A DNA stretch of 64,000 nt, taken from assembly GCA_963677615.2 (NCBI GenBank), contig CAXXQW010000006.1, forward strand, positions 33,520-97,519, read 5' to 3'. The translations under genes and the position numbers were made by a program. Source of the DNA: Oceanispirochaeta sp. (GTDB lineage: Bacteria; Spirochaetota; Spirochaetia; DSM-2461). Below are positions 47,727 through 57,133 of this stretch, in pieces. Every line of letters begins with the position of its first letter. Position 1 is the first letter of the stretch. Under the pieces are notes generated by a model. It made no database searches. It saw nothing but the letters and a program-made list of their open reading frames with translations, and had not been told where the DNA came from.

Positions 47727-49288
47727 ATCTTCCGGCTCCTGCGGTATTCCATGGCGGTCATCCCGGTCTGTTTTTTAAAGATAATGGTAAAATACCGGGG
47801 ATCCGTATAACCCACTTTTTCGGCCACCTCATACCCCTTCAGATCGGTTCCTGCCAGAAGTTTTTTCGCCTCCTCCACCCGGCAGGCTGTGAGGTACTCC
47901 ACAAAAGTCTGACCGGTTCCTTCCTTAAAGAGCAGGCTGAACTGGCTGGTGGAGAGATAAAGCTCATCGCAGATATCCTGAAGGGAAAACCGGCTTTCCC
48001 GGAACCTCTCCCGGATTATTGCTTTAGCCCTGTCTATTCTGGAAAGGAGCATATCGTTTCTTCTCTGATTGATTTTCTCATCCAGTCCGGCAATCTGGTT
48101 TCTGAAAAAATCCGCTGCCTTTTCCAGAGACGCAAAGGCATCCTTCTGATTCAGAAGGCTCTCCTGATTTTCCGAAACAAGATCCATATCGCGGGAAAAG
48201 GCATCCAGCATCTGATAGAAGTGCATAAAGCCGATAACCAGCTGATCCGAAGTCAGATAGTGGGATTCCAGATAGTTCAGAAGTTCATCAAGGGCCGCAA
48301 GACTCTTCTCTTTGCCCCCCTCTTTCAGATTTTCAATAATCCTGCCGCAATAGGTATTGAACTGCTCCGGAGAAATGGCTTCTCTGGTTCTGATATCCTG
48401 AACTGACAGGATATGGGCCAGTCCGAGGATCCGGGCATATTCCACCGCATTCTGAGCGCCCTTGTAGGAAAACTCCAGCTTATCCACCCCATCAACCACT
48501 TCTCCGCAGCCGATGGAAACCTGAAGGTCTCCTTTCCGGGATGTAACACGAAACGCTTCTTCTGCCATCAGAAGGGTTCGTTTCTCCAGCTCTTCCCTCT
48601 CCCGGCTCTGCAGAAACAGAATAAGATCTTCGTCTCTGTTAAAAAAGACCTCGTCCTGGTGCCGCACTTTTTCCCTGATCGATTCAGAAAGAGAGAATCG
48701 ATCAAGATCATCCCAATCCAGAGGGAACCGGACAACAACCACCGCATAAAACCCGCCCAGATCGGTCCATCCCATAAAATCCCCGCGGGATTCCAGTTCA
48801 CCCCGGGTAAGCCTTCCGTTCAGCAGACGGCATAGGAATCTCTCTTTTAAAAGGGGAAAACTCTGTTCCAGCTTCTGGAGCAGTATTTCATGGGCTCTCC
48901 GGCTCTCCTGTTTCCGGTCCAGCTCATCCTTAATGGTAGTGATCACTTTGGAAAGTTCTTTTCTGGTAATGGGTTTGAGCAGAAACTCCCGAACCTGATA
49001 TTTCACAGCTTCCTGGGCGTACTCAAAATCATCATAACCGGTCAGGAGAATGACTGTAATATCGGGAAACCTCTCCCCCAGAATCCGGCTCAGGGTCAGG
49101 CCGTCCATCCGGGGCATATTAATATCCGACAGAACGACATCAACCTTGTGAGTTTCAATATATTCCAGGGCCTGCTGACCGTGTTCAAAGACGCCGGCCA
49201 GAAAGAAGCCGTTCTCCTCCCAGGGAATCACACTGGAGATACCCTCACGGATTATGGCTTCATCATCCACCAGGATCATGTTATACAT
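47723..49288 (-). CDS. yesN: YesN-type response regulator (REC-AraC)
   Basis: LVDDE, SDINMPRMDG, LTGY.DFEYA, FLLKP, C-terminal AraC (KVGY.DPRYF..IFKK.TG). Confidence 0.93.
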   Translation of the reverse strand: MYNMILVDDEAIIREGISSVIPWEENGFFLAGVFEHGQQALEYIETHKVDVVLSDINMPRMDGLTLSRILGERFPDITVILLTGYDDFEYAQEAVKYQVREFLLKPITRKELSKVITTIKDELDRKQESRRAHEILLQKLEQSFPLLKERFLCRLLNGRLTRGELESRGDFMGWTDLGGFYAVVVVRFPLDWDDLDRFSLSESIREKVRHQDEVFFNRDEDLILFLQSREREELEKRTLLMAEEAFRVTSRKGDLQVSIGCGEVVDGVDKLEFSYKGAQNAVEYARILGLAHILSVQDIRTREAISPEQFNTYCGRIIENLKEGGKEKSLAALDELLNYLESHYLTSDQLVIGFMHFYQMLDAFSRDMDLVSENQESLLNQKDAFASLEKAADFFRNQIAGLDEKINQRRNDMLLSRIDRAKAIIRERFRESRFSLQDICDELYLSTSQFSLLFKEGTGQTFVEYLTACRVEEAKKLLAGTDLKGYEVAEKVGYTDPRYFTIIFKKQTGMTAMEYRRSRKI

Positions 49289-49444
49289 GGATTTTCCTTT
49301 TTCTCGCGATTATGATCTCCCAGTATAATCGACTTTGGCAAATCGTACAGGCTTTTCTCAGGGATAATTATATATTTGAATTTTTATAATATATCGGGAT
49401 TTACTGAGAATCCCTGAAGAAGATCAGATCAGTGATCGATTTTT

Positions 49445-50185
49445 TTAAAAATTCGACATGTCATCCCGGGAAACTTTTCCCTTCAGCTCAGGATCCCGGC
49501 TTCTTATAATTTCAGGGAGATTCCCCATGGCACCCAGCTTATCGTCTCTGATGACAAGGCATCCCGCAATGCCTTCAATACCCATCAAATGCTCCATGGC
49601 AGATTCTATAGACTCTTCCGATAAAACCAGATTCCCCCCCAGAGTGGCAGCTGCATCCGCCAGAGAAGCATCTGAAGAAAAAACCGTGACCACATCCGCA
49701 TCCCCCAGGCTCAGGGAATGCCCCATTCTGCCTGAAGAGGAGCAGACCGCCAAAGGCATCATGTCCGCCGGGATCCTCAAAGCCAGAGGACCGAATCTGT
49801 CATTAGTTCCGGTATAGAGACCCAGAATAACTTCTGACTCACAATCCAGGAAGAGATCTCCGCCATTCTCGATTATGGTTTCCAGAGAACCCTTTTTCCG
49901 GGAGGTTTCTGCAGCCAGCTGGGCCATTGTACCGGCCACAGCCGCCATAGGACCGAGTCCTGTGGAAAGGGACGCCCTGTGCATCCTTTTTACAGACTCC
50001 GGAGCTCCCTGAAGATCCAGATCGGCCAGGGGAGAAAGTGCCGTGGTAAAACCGGGGTTCTGCAGGATAAAAGCTTCGAGGTTCAGACGGTCTTCCACAA
50101 TGCGAGTGACCACATCATCCCACCACTCTGTATGGATGTGGAAATGGGCATCCCTGTACTGGAAACTCCGGATGTCTCTTTTCAT
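49445..50185 (-). CDS. UPF0280 (COG2122, ApbE-like) protein
   Basis: GPMAAVAG, ENGGD, VCSSSG..GHSLSLG.ADVVTV, ADAAAT..GN. Confidence 0.9.
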   Translation of the reverse strand: MKRDIRSFQYRDAHFHIHTEWWDDVVTRIVEDRLNLEAFILQNPGFTTALSPLADLDLQGAPESVKRMHRASLSTGLGPMAAVAGTMAQLAAETSRKKGSLETIIENGGDLFLDCESEVILGLYTGTNDRFGPLALRIPADMMPLAVCSSSGRMGHSLSLGDADVVTVFSSDASLADAAATLGGNLVLSEESIESAMEHLMGIEGIAGCLVIRDDKLGAMGNLPEIIRSRDPELKGKVSRDDMSNF

Positions 50186-50197
50186 GAAAATATGAGA

Positions 50198-50626
50198 TCA
50201 GAAGAGAGAAGAGACCGCGCCGAAAGGACAGACTTTCAGACAGCTGAGACACTCAATACACTCTTCGGAATTGAAAACGACTTCCATGGTATTTCTATCG
50301 GGAATACTCAGAGCCTTGGTCGGACAGTGGGGCACGCAGCTCCCGCACTGGACGCACTTATCCCTCTCCCAGCGGACACCCTTTTCGGTAGTGCTGATCC
50401 GGATATCCAGATCCTCGATAAAGCGGATTCCTTTTTGGATATTCTCCTCAGTTCCGGTCACATCCAGAACCAGATACCCTTCGTCATCAGGAGTCACACG
50501 GGCCCGGAATATATTAATAATCAGATCATAGTCTTTGACCAAATGGTAGACGATGGGCTTTTCGGTTTCGCACTCGGGAAAGTAGAGCATCAGTTTTCTG
50601 GTAACTTTTTCATCTTTCTGACTCAT
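50198..50626 (-). CDS. NIL domain + 2[4Fe-4S] ferredoxin protein
   Basis: NIL region (PIVYHLVKDYDL.INIF.A.V) plus CVQCGSCVPHCP and CIECLSCLKVCP. Confidence 0.92.
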   Translation of the reverse strand: MSQKDEKVTRKLMLYFPECETEKPIVYHLVKDYDLIINIFRARVTPDDEGYLVLDVTGTEENIQKGIRFIEDLDIRISTTEKGVRWERDKCVQCGSCVPHCPTKALSIPDRNTMEVVFNSEECIECLSCLKVCPFGAVSSLF

Positions 50627-50630
50627 CGGC

Positions 50631-51809
50631 TCAAACCTCTTTCATGGGTTTCATCCCCTGTTCTACAGGCAGGGATGCAATAGGAGATGAGACAAGGAAA
50701 TCTCCTCTTTTGATTTCATCCTGCAAAATCGCGGCAATTTTCCTGGCCCCGGCATAGGAGGAGAGGCTTCCTGCTTCGATCTTTTGCCCATTCAGCTCTA
50801 TCTGCCCGGATTTCAGCTCTTCGTAACTGACGCTACCCAGAACCTTCCCGGTCCGCTGGGGATAGTCGGTGGAATAATCTATCACCTGGGCCTTGATATC
50901 CCTGTCGCGGATGGTCGTCTGAAGGAGCATCTGTTCATCCAGAATGGGAATGGGAATCCCCACCCCGAGAGAGAGGGAGACGCCGTACCCTTTCAGGCTG
51001 ACCCCCCGGACAAATTCCGGAAGCATCTTTTTCATATCACCTGTAAGGGCCAGGGTTCCTGCTCCTTCAGAAGGCACTCCCAGAACACCCCTTTCACAGC
51101 TGGGAGAATGCTGGGTTCCCTCTGCATAGACATGCCCCTGAGCGCCCGCCAGCCAGACCCTCGTCCCTACTCCGATGGTTCTGTAGAACGGATCATTCAG
51201 CAGGGGAGAAAGCTGCCCGGCGCTGGAATACCCGCAATTCTTCATCCGGGGCTTCAGATACCCCAAATAGGTATGGATGGGATTGTCCGAAGTATTCACA
51301 GCCACATTGTAATTCTGATAACAGTTACGGGGATTCACCATAATCGCCTGATTCAGATCATCTATGGTTATTCGGGTACGAAGCTCCCGGTTGGGATAGT
51401 CATCGGTCCCGTAGGAGAGGGCAAACAGCTGAACCTCTTCTCCGGCCACGAGTTTTTCGATCACATGGCCTCCCCCGAACTTGAAATCCCCGGGATATTC
51501 AATATTCGCAGGATCATTGGCTCTGAGCTGGGTGGCTCCCAGATAGAGATCTACCGCAGCAATTCCCGAATAGGCCAGAACATCATCCAGCCAGGCTTCG
51601 GTTATCCGGATTTTCGGTTTGCTATGCCCGAAATTGAGGAAACATCCGGAAGAGCACATGGGGCCGAAGGTGGCGGTGGTAACAACGTCCACTTCTCTGG
51701 CTGCCTGCTCCAGCCCTTTTTTATCAACATAATCGATCACTTCCTCGGCGGTAAGAACCACCGCCTTGCCGGAACTGATCCTGTCGTTTATCTGTTCTAC
51801 AGTTTTCAT
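50631..51809 (-). CDS. DUF39 homocysteine biosynthesis protein (aspartate-semialdehyde sulfurtransferase type), no CBS domains
   Basis: INDRI..G.AVVLTAEE, DVVTTATFGPMCSSG, AAVD.Y.GATQ, PRN.YQNY, SSAGQLSPL.NDP, G.GVSL..GVGIPIP. Confidence 0.92.
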   Translation of the reverse strand: MKTVEQINDRISSGKAVVLTAEEVIDYVDKKGLEQAAREVDVVTTATFGPMCSSGCFLNFGHSKPKIRITEAWLDDVLAYSGIAAVDLYLGATQLRANDPANIEYPGDFKFGGGHVIEKLVAGEEVQLFALSYGTDDYPNRELRTRITIDDLNQAIMVNPRNCYQNYNVAVNTSDNPIHTYLGYLKPRMKNCGYSSAGQLSPLLNDPFYRTIGVGTRVWLAGAQGHVYAEGTQHSPSCERGVLGVPSEGAGTLALTGDMKKMLPEFVRGVSLKGYGVSLSLGVGIPIPILDEQMLLQTTIRDRDIKAQVIDYSTDYPQRTGKVLGSVSYEELKSGQIELNGQKIEAGSLSSYAGARKIAAILQDEIKRGDFLVSSPIASLPVEQGMKPMKEV

Positions 51810-51969
51810 GATTGTCTAGAATATCAGAGCTGTGTCATCCTGACCAGTCCGGCCTCTCAAAGGAGAAAGAGTTTATAAGGGAGGAGGAGCGATAACAAAA
51901 TTATTCAATAGAGAGGAACTTAAGTATGCTGGATGATTAAAAGTTACTCGCGAGTTGAAAAAGAAGGAA

Positions 51970-52998
51970 TCAGATAACTTCTTCCACACTCTTCCAGTAG
52001 GCTTTTTTCTCTTTGGGAGACAGGAAAGTGGAATCCAGGGTATTTTTCATAACCCCCAGAAGTTCTTCCTGTGAAAAATTCAGCTTTTCATAAAGATTCA
52101 TGTATTCCTGATTCAGATCCACATCAAAAAGAACGGGATCATCCGTATTGAGAGTCACATTCAACCCTTTGTCATAGAAAGACCGGATCGGGTGCTCTTC
52201 CATGGCGCTGACATATTTTTTGGTTATGATGTTACTGGTGGGACAGATCTCCAGGGGGATCCGGTTTTTTTTCAGGTACCCTACCAGCTTCTCATCGAAC
52301 ATGGCGCTGGTGCCGTGCCCGATCCTTTCTGCTCCCAGATCCTCAACCGCATGCCAGATAGATTCCGAACCGACTTCCTCCCCTGCATGGGCAACGGTGT
52401 GGAGTTTTTTCTTCTGGGCCAGTTTAAAAACATCCCTGTATTCCAGACAGTCGTTACCGGCTTCCGCGCCCCCCAGTCCGATACCGATAAACCGGGATTT
52501 TCTGTTTTTCTTCAGGTATTCCAGAAGGGTTTCCAGATTGCTCATGGCATTATCAGGGCCGAATGAACGGGAAACATCCACGATAACTCTGATGTCAATG
52601 CCGTGATTTTTATGAATATCCTGAAAAGTATCATTCAGAATTTGGTAAACCGAGAGAATATCCACATACCCTAACTGTACAATTTTGGAAGGAGAAAAAT
52701 AGACTTCCATATAGGTGATGTTATTGTTCTGTGCATACTCCAGAACATCCCGGGCCATGAACTGATAATCTTCCTCGTTCCTGTAGAAGGTCTGGAGATG
52801 AAGAAAAAAATTGATCATGTCCTTCAGATCTCTGAAAGAGAGGTGTTTCTGATAGTCTTCGGAGGTTTTCAAAGAGCTGTCAATATTATATTTCCGGTTT
52901 AGCTCCATATAGGATGAGATTTTCACCACTGCTTCCAAATGGAGATGTATTTCTGTTTTAGGAACTTTTTTTATCCATGCCAACATTGTGTGATCCAT
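51970..52998 (-). CDS. add: adenosine (adenine) deaminase
   Basis: PKTEIHLHLE, AHAGE, RIGHG, EICPTSN, LNTDDP. Confidence 0.93.
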   Translation of the reverse strand: MDHTMLAWIKKVPKTEIHLHLEAVVKISSYMELNRKYNIDSSLKTSEDYQKHLSFRDLKDMINFFLHLQTFYRNEEDYQFMARDVLEYAQNNNITYMEVYFSPSKIVQLGYVDILSVYQILNDTFQDIHKNHGIDIRVIVDVSRSFGPDNAMSNLETLLEYLKKNRKSRFIGIGLGGAEAGNDCLEYRDVFKLAQKKKLHTVAHAGEEVGSESIWHAVEDLGAERIGHGTSAMFDEKLVGYLKKNRIPLEICPTSNIITKKYVSAMEEHPIRSFYDKGLNVTLNTDDPVLFDVDLNQEYMNLYEKLNFSQEELLGVMKNTLDSTFLSPKEKKAYWKSVEEVI

Positions 52999-53177
52999 AT
53001 TTCAGCTCCTTAAAAAGGATATATCAAATTCAATACAAAACAACTTTAAAATGCAAGGCAATAGAAATAATTGCATTAAAGCCCTTCGGGAATTTGTAAA
53101 ATAGTATATATATTATATCGTATTATTTTGATTTTTCTTAATTATTAAATAGAATCGCTGAAAAATGATAAATTCCC

Positions 53178-53936
53178 TTACAGCTCTTCCACTCTGACCA
53201 GACCGGCCTGAAGCTGTTCGATCACCCGCATGGCACTGCTTAAGGGCTGGATTACCGCATCAGCCAGCATCTCACCCAAAAGGGTATGTTTTCCGCAGAA
53301 ATGGACCTCCGGACCGTTTCCGGAAAAAACCAGGATCGAATCGGTCCCCGTACCGCTGGCGATCCGTCCGGTAACAGGGCTCTTTACCTGAAAATCACAA
53401 AGGGTCCAGGCCCTGGCTTCCGCCGCCAGCATCAGGGCTTCCGCCAGAGCGGCTTCGCTGAGACAGGCATTTGTCCCCAGGGCGATATTGATGGTGCCTG
53501 AACCTGCCTGATGAGCTTCCAGCTCCACACAATCCGCCGGATCTCCTGCAGCCCGGGCATTGGTGGTTCCCACTGTCATAAAGCAGAAAGCGTAAAGTTC
53601 CCCTTCCTCTCTGAGGTGCCACCGGAAACTTTTCATGGAGGCGGATGTCATCATTCCCGCCATGGGTGTTTTCAGCCCCAGGGATGCGGCTTTTGCTTCC
53701 AGCTGATGTCCGGGAGGATCGAATCCCCCGTAATGTTCGGAAGTGTTGTGACCGACCTGCATATTCAGCAGTGAGGAAATCGTCTGCCTCCCTCCGTTAT
53801 ACAGGGCGGAAGAAAGAACCTCTACAGGAGAGTCCCATTGGAGGGTCACACAATCCTCCATGGGTGAAACTGTCAAGCCCAGAGATCCCATCTGCAGGCG
53901 AATCGGTTTGAATTCCATTTTTTTCACAGGAAACAT
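53178..53936 (-). CDS. cbiZ: adenosylcobinamide amidohydrolase
   Basis: LSSA..NGG, GMMTSA, TVGTTNA, GTINI, EAR..A, SGTGTD, GKHT.LGE. Located in a riboswitch-led btu operon. Confidence 0.85.
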   Translation of the reverse strand: MFPVKKMEFKPIRLQMGSLGLTVSPMEDCVTLQWDSPVEVLSSALYNGGRQTISSLLNMQVGHNTSEHYGGFDPPGHQLEAKAASLGLKTPMAGMMTSASMKSFRWHLREEGELYAFCFMTVGTTNARAAGDPADCVELEAHQAGSGTINIALGTNACLSEAALAEALMLAAEARAWTLCDFQVKSPVTGRIASGTGTDSILVFSGNGPEVHFCGKHTLLGEMLADAVIQPLSSAMRVIEQLQAGLVRVEEL

Positions 53937-53939
53937 CCT

Positions 53940-54737
53940 TTATATTTCACCTAAAGGCCCCGGCCCCAGAATGGGAGAGCCTTTACCCCGAGCGGGATAA
54001 TAGTAGTCCATATCGGTATCATAAACCTGACGGATCCTTTCGGGAGTGACAACCTCTTTGACAGGACCATGAACAACACAGCGTCCTTCTTTCATCAGAA
54101 TAACCCTGTCAGCATGTAAAAGCGCCTGATTCACGTCGTGGAGTATGGCGATTACGGTTTTTCCATGGTCAGCCTGTTTCCGCAGGAGCTTCAAAAGGGT
54201 GTCCTGATGGCGCAGATCCAGATGATTGGCCGGCTCATCCAGAAGAAGAACCCCCGGATTCTGAAGGAGGACCCGGGCCAGGAGGACCCGCTGATATTCT
54301 CCCCCGCTGAGACTGTCTACAGGCCGGTAACGGAAGGAGATCAGATCACACTGATCCAGCACATCTTCCAGAGCCTCCTCCTGAGCTTTCCCAAAGTGGC
54401 AGAAGGCGCTTCCAAACCGGTAGGCTCCCATTTTCACCACATCTTCCACGGTAAAATCATAGGGGGATTCATTCAGCTGAGGTACGAGCCCTACCAAAGA
54501 CGCTCTTTGAACATCATGAACACGGGAAATATCTCTGTTATTAATATAGATAGCCCCCTCTTCGGGTTTCAGACGACCCCGGATCAAGGCGAAAAGAGTG
54601 GATTTTCCCGAACCGTTCGGCCCCAGGATCGCTGTAACCTCACGGGGATTCATCTCCAGATTCTCCAGGGAAAGGTGAAATCCTTTGGCGTAGGAAAATT
54701 TCAGGGCCGGGATTCTGACCCCTTCGGCAATAGGCAT
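53940..54737 (-). CDS. btuD: cobalamin ABC transporter ATP-binding protein
   Basis: GPNGSGKST, LSGGEYQR, LDEPANHLD, LHDVNQA. Confidence 0.9.
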   Translation of the reverse strand: MPIAEGVRIPALKFSYAKGFHLSLENLEMNPREVTAILGPNGSGKSTLFALIRGRLKPEEGAIYINNRDISRVHDVQRASLVGLVPQLNESPYDFTVEDVVKMGAYRFGSAFCHFGKAQEEALEDVLDQCDLISFRYRPVDSLSGGEYQRVLLARVLLQNPGVLLLDEPANHLDLRHQDTLLKLLRKQADHGKTVIAILHDVNQALLHADRVILMKEGRCVVHGPVKEVVTPERIRQVYDTDMDYYYPARGKGSPILGPGPLGEI

Positions 54738-55768
54738 CAGACAGCCTTCCTGGATTTGATATACTGCCTGAGAAGATAAAGGAAAAAAGGACCTCCCAGC
54801 ATTGCGGTAATAACTCCCACCGGGATTTCAAGCGGAGCCATGACGCTCCGGGCCACCAGATCTGAAAGGATCATAAGAATGGCTCCTGAGGGGAGAGAGA
54901 GAACCATAACCCTGCGGTTCTCCGACCCGGCCAGGATCCTGACAATATGAGGAACCAGGAGGCCCGTAAAACCGATGATCCCGGAAAAGGAGACAATCGC
55001 CGAAGTGATGATACAGGCTGTTCCCAGAAGAATCAGGCTCTGCCTTTCCGGATTTATCCCCAGGGAGTGGGCCTCTTCGCTTCCCATGGCCAGAAGGTTC
55101 AGTTCCCGGCTTTTCAGAATAAGGAACCCCGTTGCGGGGGTCAGAACGCACAGGAGGATCAGGATTCTCACCCAGTCGGCGCTTCCGAAGCTCCCCATCA
55201 TCCAGAAGATAATCCGCTCAGCCCGGTCCCTGTGAAGCATCATCAGAAAGGATACACCCGCCTGAGCAATATTGCTGAAAGCGATACCCGCCAGAAGAAG
55301 GCTTCCGATATTGCCTCTGGTTCTGCCTGCCACGGCCATAATCAGAAACATGGCAGCGATCCCTCCCAGAAAAGCCGAGACTGTCACTCCCAGGACGGGC
55401 AGAATGAGAACAGGAAGATTCAGGAGAAAAAACAGAGCCGCACCCAGAGAAGCCCCCGAGGAGATTCCCAAAAGATAGGGTTCCGCCATGGGGTTACGGA
55501 ATACACCCTGAAAAATCACACCCGAAATAGCCAGCCCCGCTCCTGCCAGTCCTGCATAAAGAACCCTGGGAAGGCGGATTTTCATCAGGATGGTCTGGTG
55601 AGACTCTATCAGGCCGGCCTCCCCCCTGCTGGTGAAAAACTTCAGGATTCCCAGAGGATCTATGGCTACAGCGCCTATGGAGGAGGCAATAGGGATCAGG
55701 CAGACCAGGATAAAAAGGAGAAGGGGCATCATCCAGGGGTTTTTCACAGAGGCTTTATCAGTTTTCAA
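54737..55768 (-). CDS. btuC: cobalamin ABC transporter permease (FecCD family)
   Basis: IRLPR, FRNP.AEPYLLG.SSGA, GSEEA.SLG, IGF.GL.VPH. Confidence 0.92.
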   Translation of the reverse strand: MKTDKASVKNPWMMPLLLFILVCLIPIASSIGAVAIDPLGILKFFTSRGEAGLIESHQTILMKIRLPRVLYAGLAGAGLAISGVIFQGVFRNPMAEPYLLGISSGASLGAALFFLLNLPVLILPVLGVTVSAFLGGIAAMFLIMAVAGRTRGNIGSLLLAGIAFSNIAQAGVSFLMMLHRDRAERIIFWMMGSFGSADWVRILILLCVLTPATGFLILKSRELNLLAMGSEEAHSLGINPERQSLILLGTACIITSAIVSFSGIIGFTGLLVPHIVRILAGSENRRVMVLSLPSGAILMILSDLVARSVMAPLEIPVGVITAMLGGPFFLYLLRQYIKSRKAV

Positions 55769-56663
55769 TGTTTTCCCTGAAGATCCGGGCTAACAGTTCC
55801 AGCCCGTCAATCAGACGCGGCCCCTGACGTACCAGAATATTTTCATCAATCTCATAGACCTTTCCCGCCCGGGAGGCCGAGAGGTCTTTGTATATGGGCA
55901 GGGTCAGAAAATTCTCCTTTTTTCCCATTCCCATAAGGATGAGCTCGGGATCCTGATCAACCAGCATCTCTTTGGAGTAGGACCATCCTTCCTGAGTCAC
56001 GATGTTCTCTCCTCCGGCCATGGTAATAAGGCTGTCCATAAAAGTTCCGGCGCCGGCGGTCCAGTCTCCTCCGTCACCAAACCCCAGAGCGTAATAGACC
56101 CGGGGATGTCTCGGCCAGGCAGCCGCCTCTTTTTCCACCCGGGCGATTCTCTCATCCAGATCCTCAAGGATACGGCGTGCTTCCGCTTCGGCTCCCAGCA
56201 GAGTTCCGCATCCGCTGATAACATCGGCCAGTCCGGAAAAGTCCTCTTCGCCGTACAGAAGAGCTACAGGAATTCCGACCTGTTCCAGGGTTTGCACAGT
56301 TTCTTCGGAAACATGGGTGGAGGCGATCACCAGATCCGGTTCCATACTGATGATGATTTCCAGATTGGGTTCCTGCAGGGTTCCGATAGACGGAACATCC
56401 TGAGCTTCCGCAGGATAATCGCACCAGTCGGTCCGTCCCGCGAGAAGATTCCCTCGTCCCAGGGCAAAAACGGTTTCTGTGATATTCGGCCCCAGAGAGA
56501 TTACTTTTTCAGGGTATCGGCCGAGGCGGATTTCCCGGCCTTTGGAATCGGAAAGGGAAATCTCCGTATTTCCTGCAGTTTCTCCGGCTCCCGAAGGGAA
56601 CATCTGAGAGAAAGGGAGAATCAATATAAGGAGAAGAAGGCTTCTTCGCAGACGTTCCAACAT
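55758..56663 (-). CDS. btuF: cobalamin ABC transporter substrate-binding protein
   Basis: PEKVISLGPNITE..FALG, GRTDWCDYP, PNLE.I....PDLV, RQGPRL. Directly downstream of a cobalamin riboswitch. Confidence 0.9.
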   Translation of the reverse strand: MLERLRRSLLLLILILPFSQMFPSGAGETAGNTEISLSDSKGREIRLGRYPEKVISLGPNITETVFALGRGNLLAGRTDWCDYPAEAQDVPSIGTLQEPNLEIIISMEPDLVIASTHVSEETVQTLEQVGIPVALLYGEEDFSGLADVISGCGTLLGAEAEARRILEDLDERIARVEKEAAAWPRHPRVYYALGFGDGGDWTAGAGTFMDSLITMAGGENIVTQEGWSYSKEMLVDQDPELILMGMGKKENFLTLPIYKDLSASRAGKVYEIDENILVRQGPRLIDGLELLARIFRENIEN

Positions 56664-56664
56664 T

Positions 56665-56847
56665 GTATATACCTCGTATACGTTATTTGGTTTTCATAAC
56701 GGAAGGTCTTCTGGCTTTCAGATCATCAGCTGATTTCACCCTTCCCGGGGGTTCCCAGTGGGCGGTGGTAAAACCTGAAAAATCAACTTCCCTGATTACA
56801 GCGGCGGGACCGCGGAGGAATCTCACCTCTCTTCCCTGTTCCGTATG
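56665..56847 (-). ncRNA. cobalamin riboswitch (controls btuFCD-cbiZ)
   Basis: Minus strand: AGGGAA-gaga-GGTGagATTCC...GGTCCCGCCGCTGTAA...GCCCACTGG...GGGAAG...AAGCCAGAAGACC. P1 CATACGG/CCGTTATG. The 3' hairpin GTATA-CGAGGTA-TATAC carries the SD of btuF. Confidence 0.93.
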
Positions 56848-56964
56848 AATTGTAAGTAGAAAACTGGGGCATAAAAGACGAATTGTCAACATGAATAGCA
56901 AATGATTACAAAAACATCGCTATTTTTTTATGGAAGGATCCGTTCAAACCGGTTTACCATGTCA

Positions 56965-57133
56965 GCGTTATTTCAGAGGAAGTCAGGTGAAAAGCCTGCA
57001 CGGACCCGCCACTGTAAGGGTGTAAGGCGATCTGCAAGACCATTGGGAAAAACCGGGAAGGGCAGATACGTATACCCCGAGTCAGGAAACTCTGGTAACG
57101 CAACAACAAGTATCAGGCTTCGAGGACTAAGCC
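56965..57133 (+). ncRNA. cobalamin riboswitch (controls lipoprotein-btuB-btuG operon)
   Basis: AGAGGAAGTCAGGTGAAAAGCCTG...GGACCCGCCACTGTAA...GACCATTGG...GGGAAGG...GAGTCAGGAAAC. P1 GCGTTA..TCAGAG/CTCTGGTAACGC. 3' hairpin GGCTT-CGAGGACT-AAGCC. Confidence 0.93.

Noticed and set aside
51815-51870. Possible SAM-I riboswitch upstream of the homocysteine operon (minus strand GAGAG...GGACTGG...GATGA)
   Set aside because: Only fragments match. The GAGGGA, GCAACC and GGTGC-AA-TCC core elements and a P1 AUC/GAU pair enclosing them are missing. An Infernal search would settle it.
50784-51878. 364-aa + strand ORF
   Set aside because: Antisense to DUF39, no domain signal; shadow ORF.
54138-55780. 213-aa and 277-aa + strand ORFs
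   Set aside because: Antisense to btuD/btuC, low-complexity translations; shadow ORFs.
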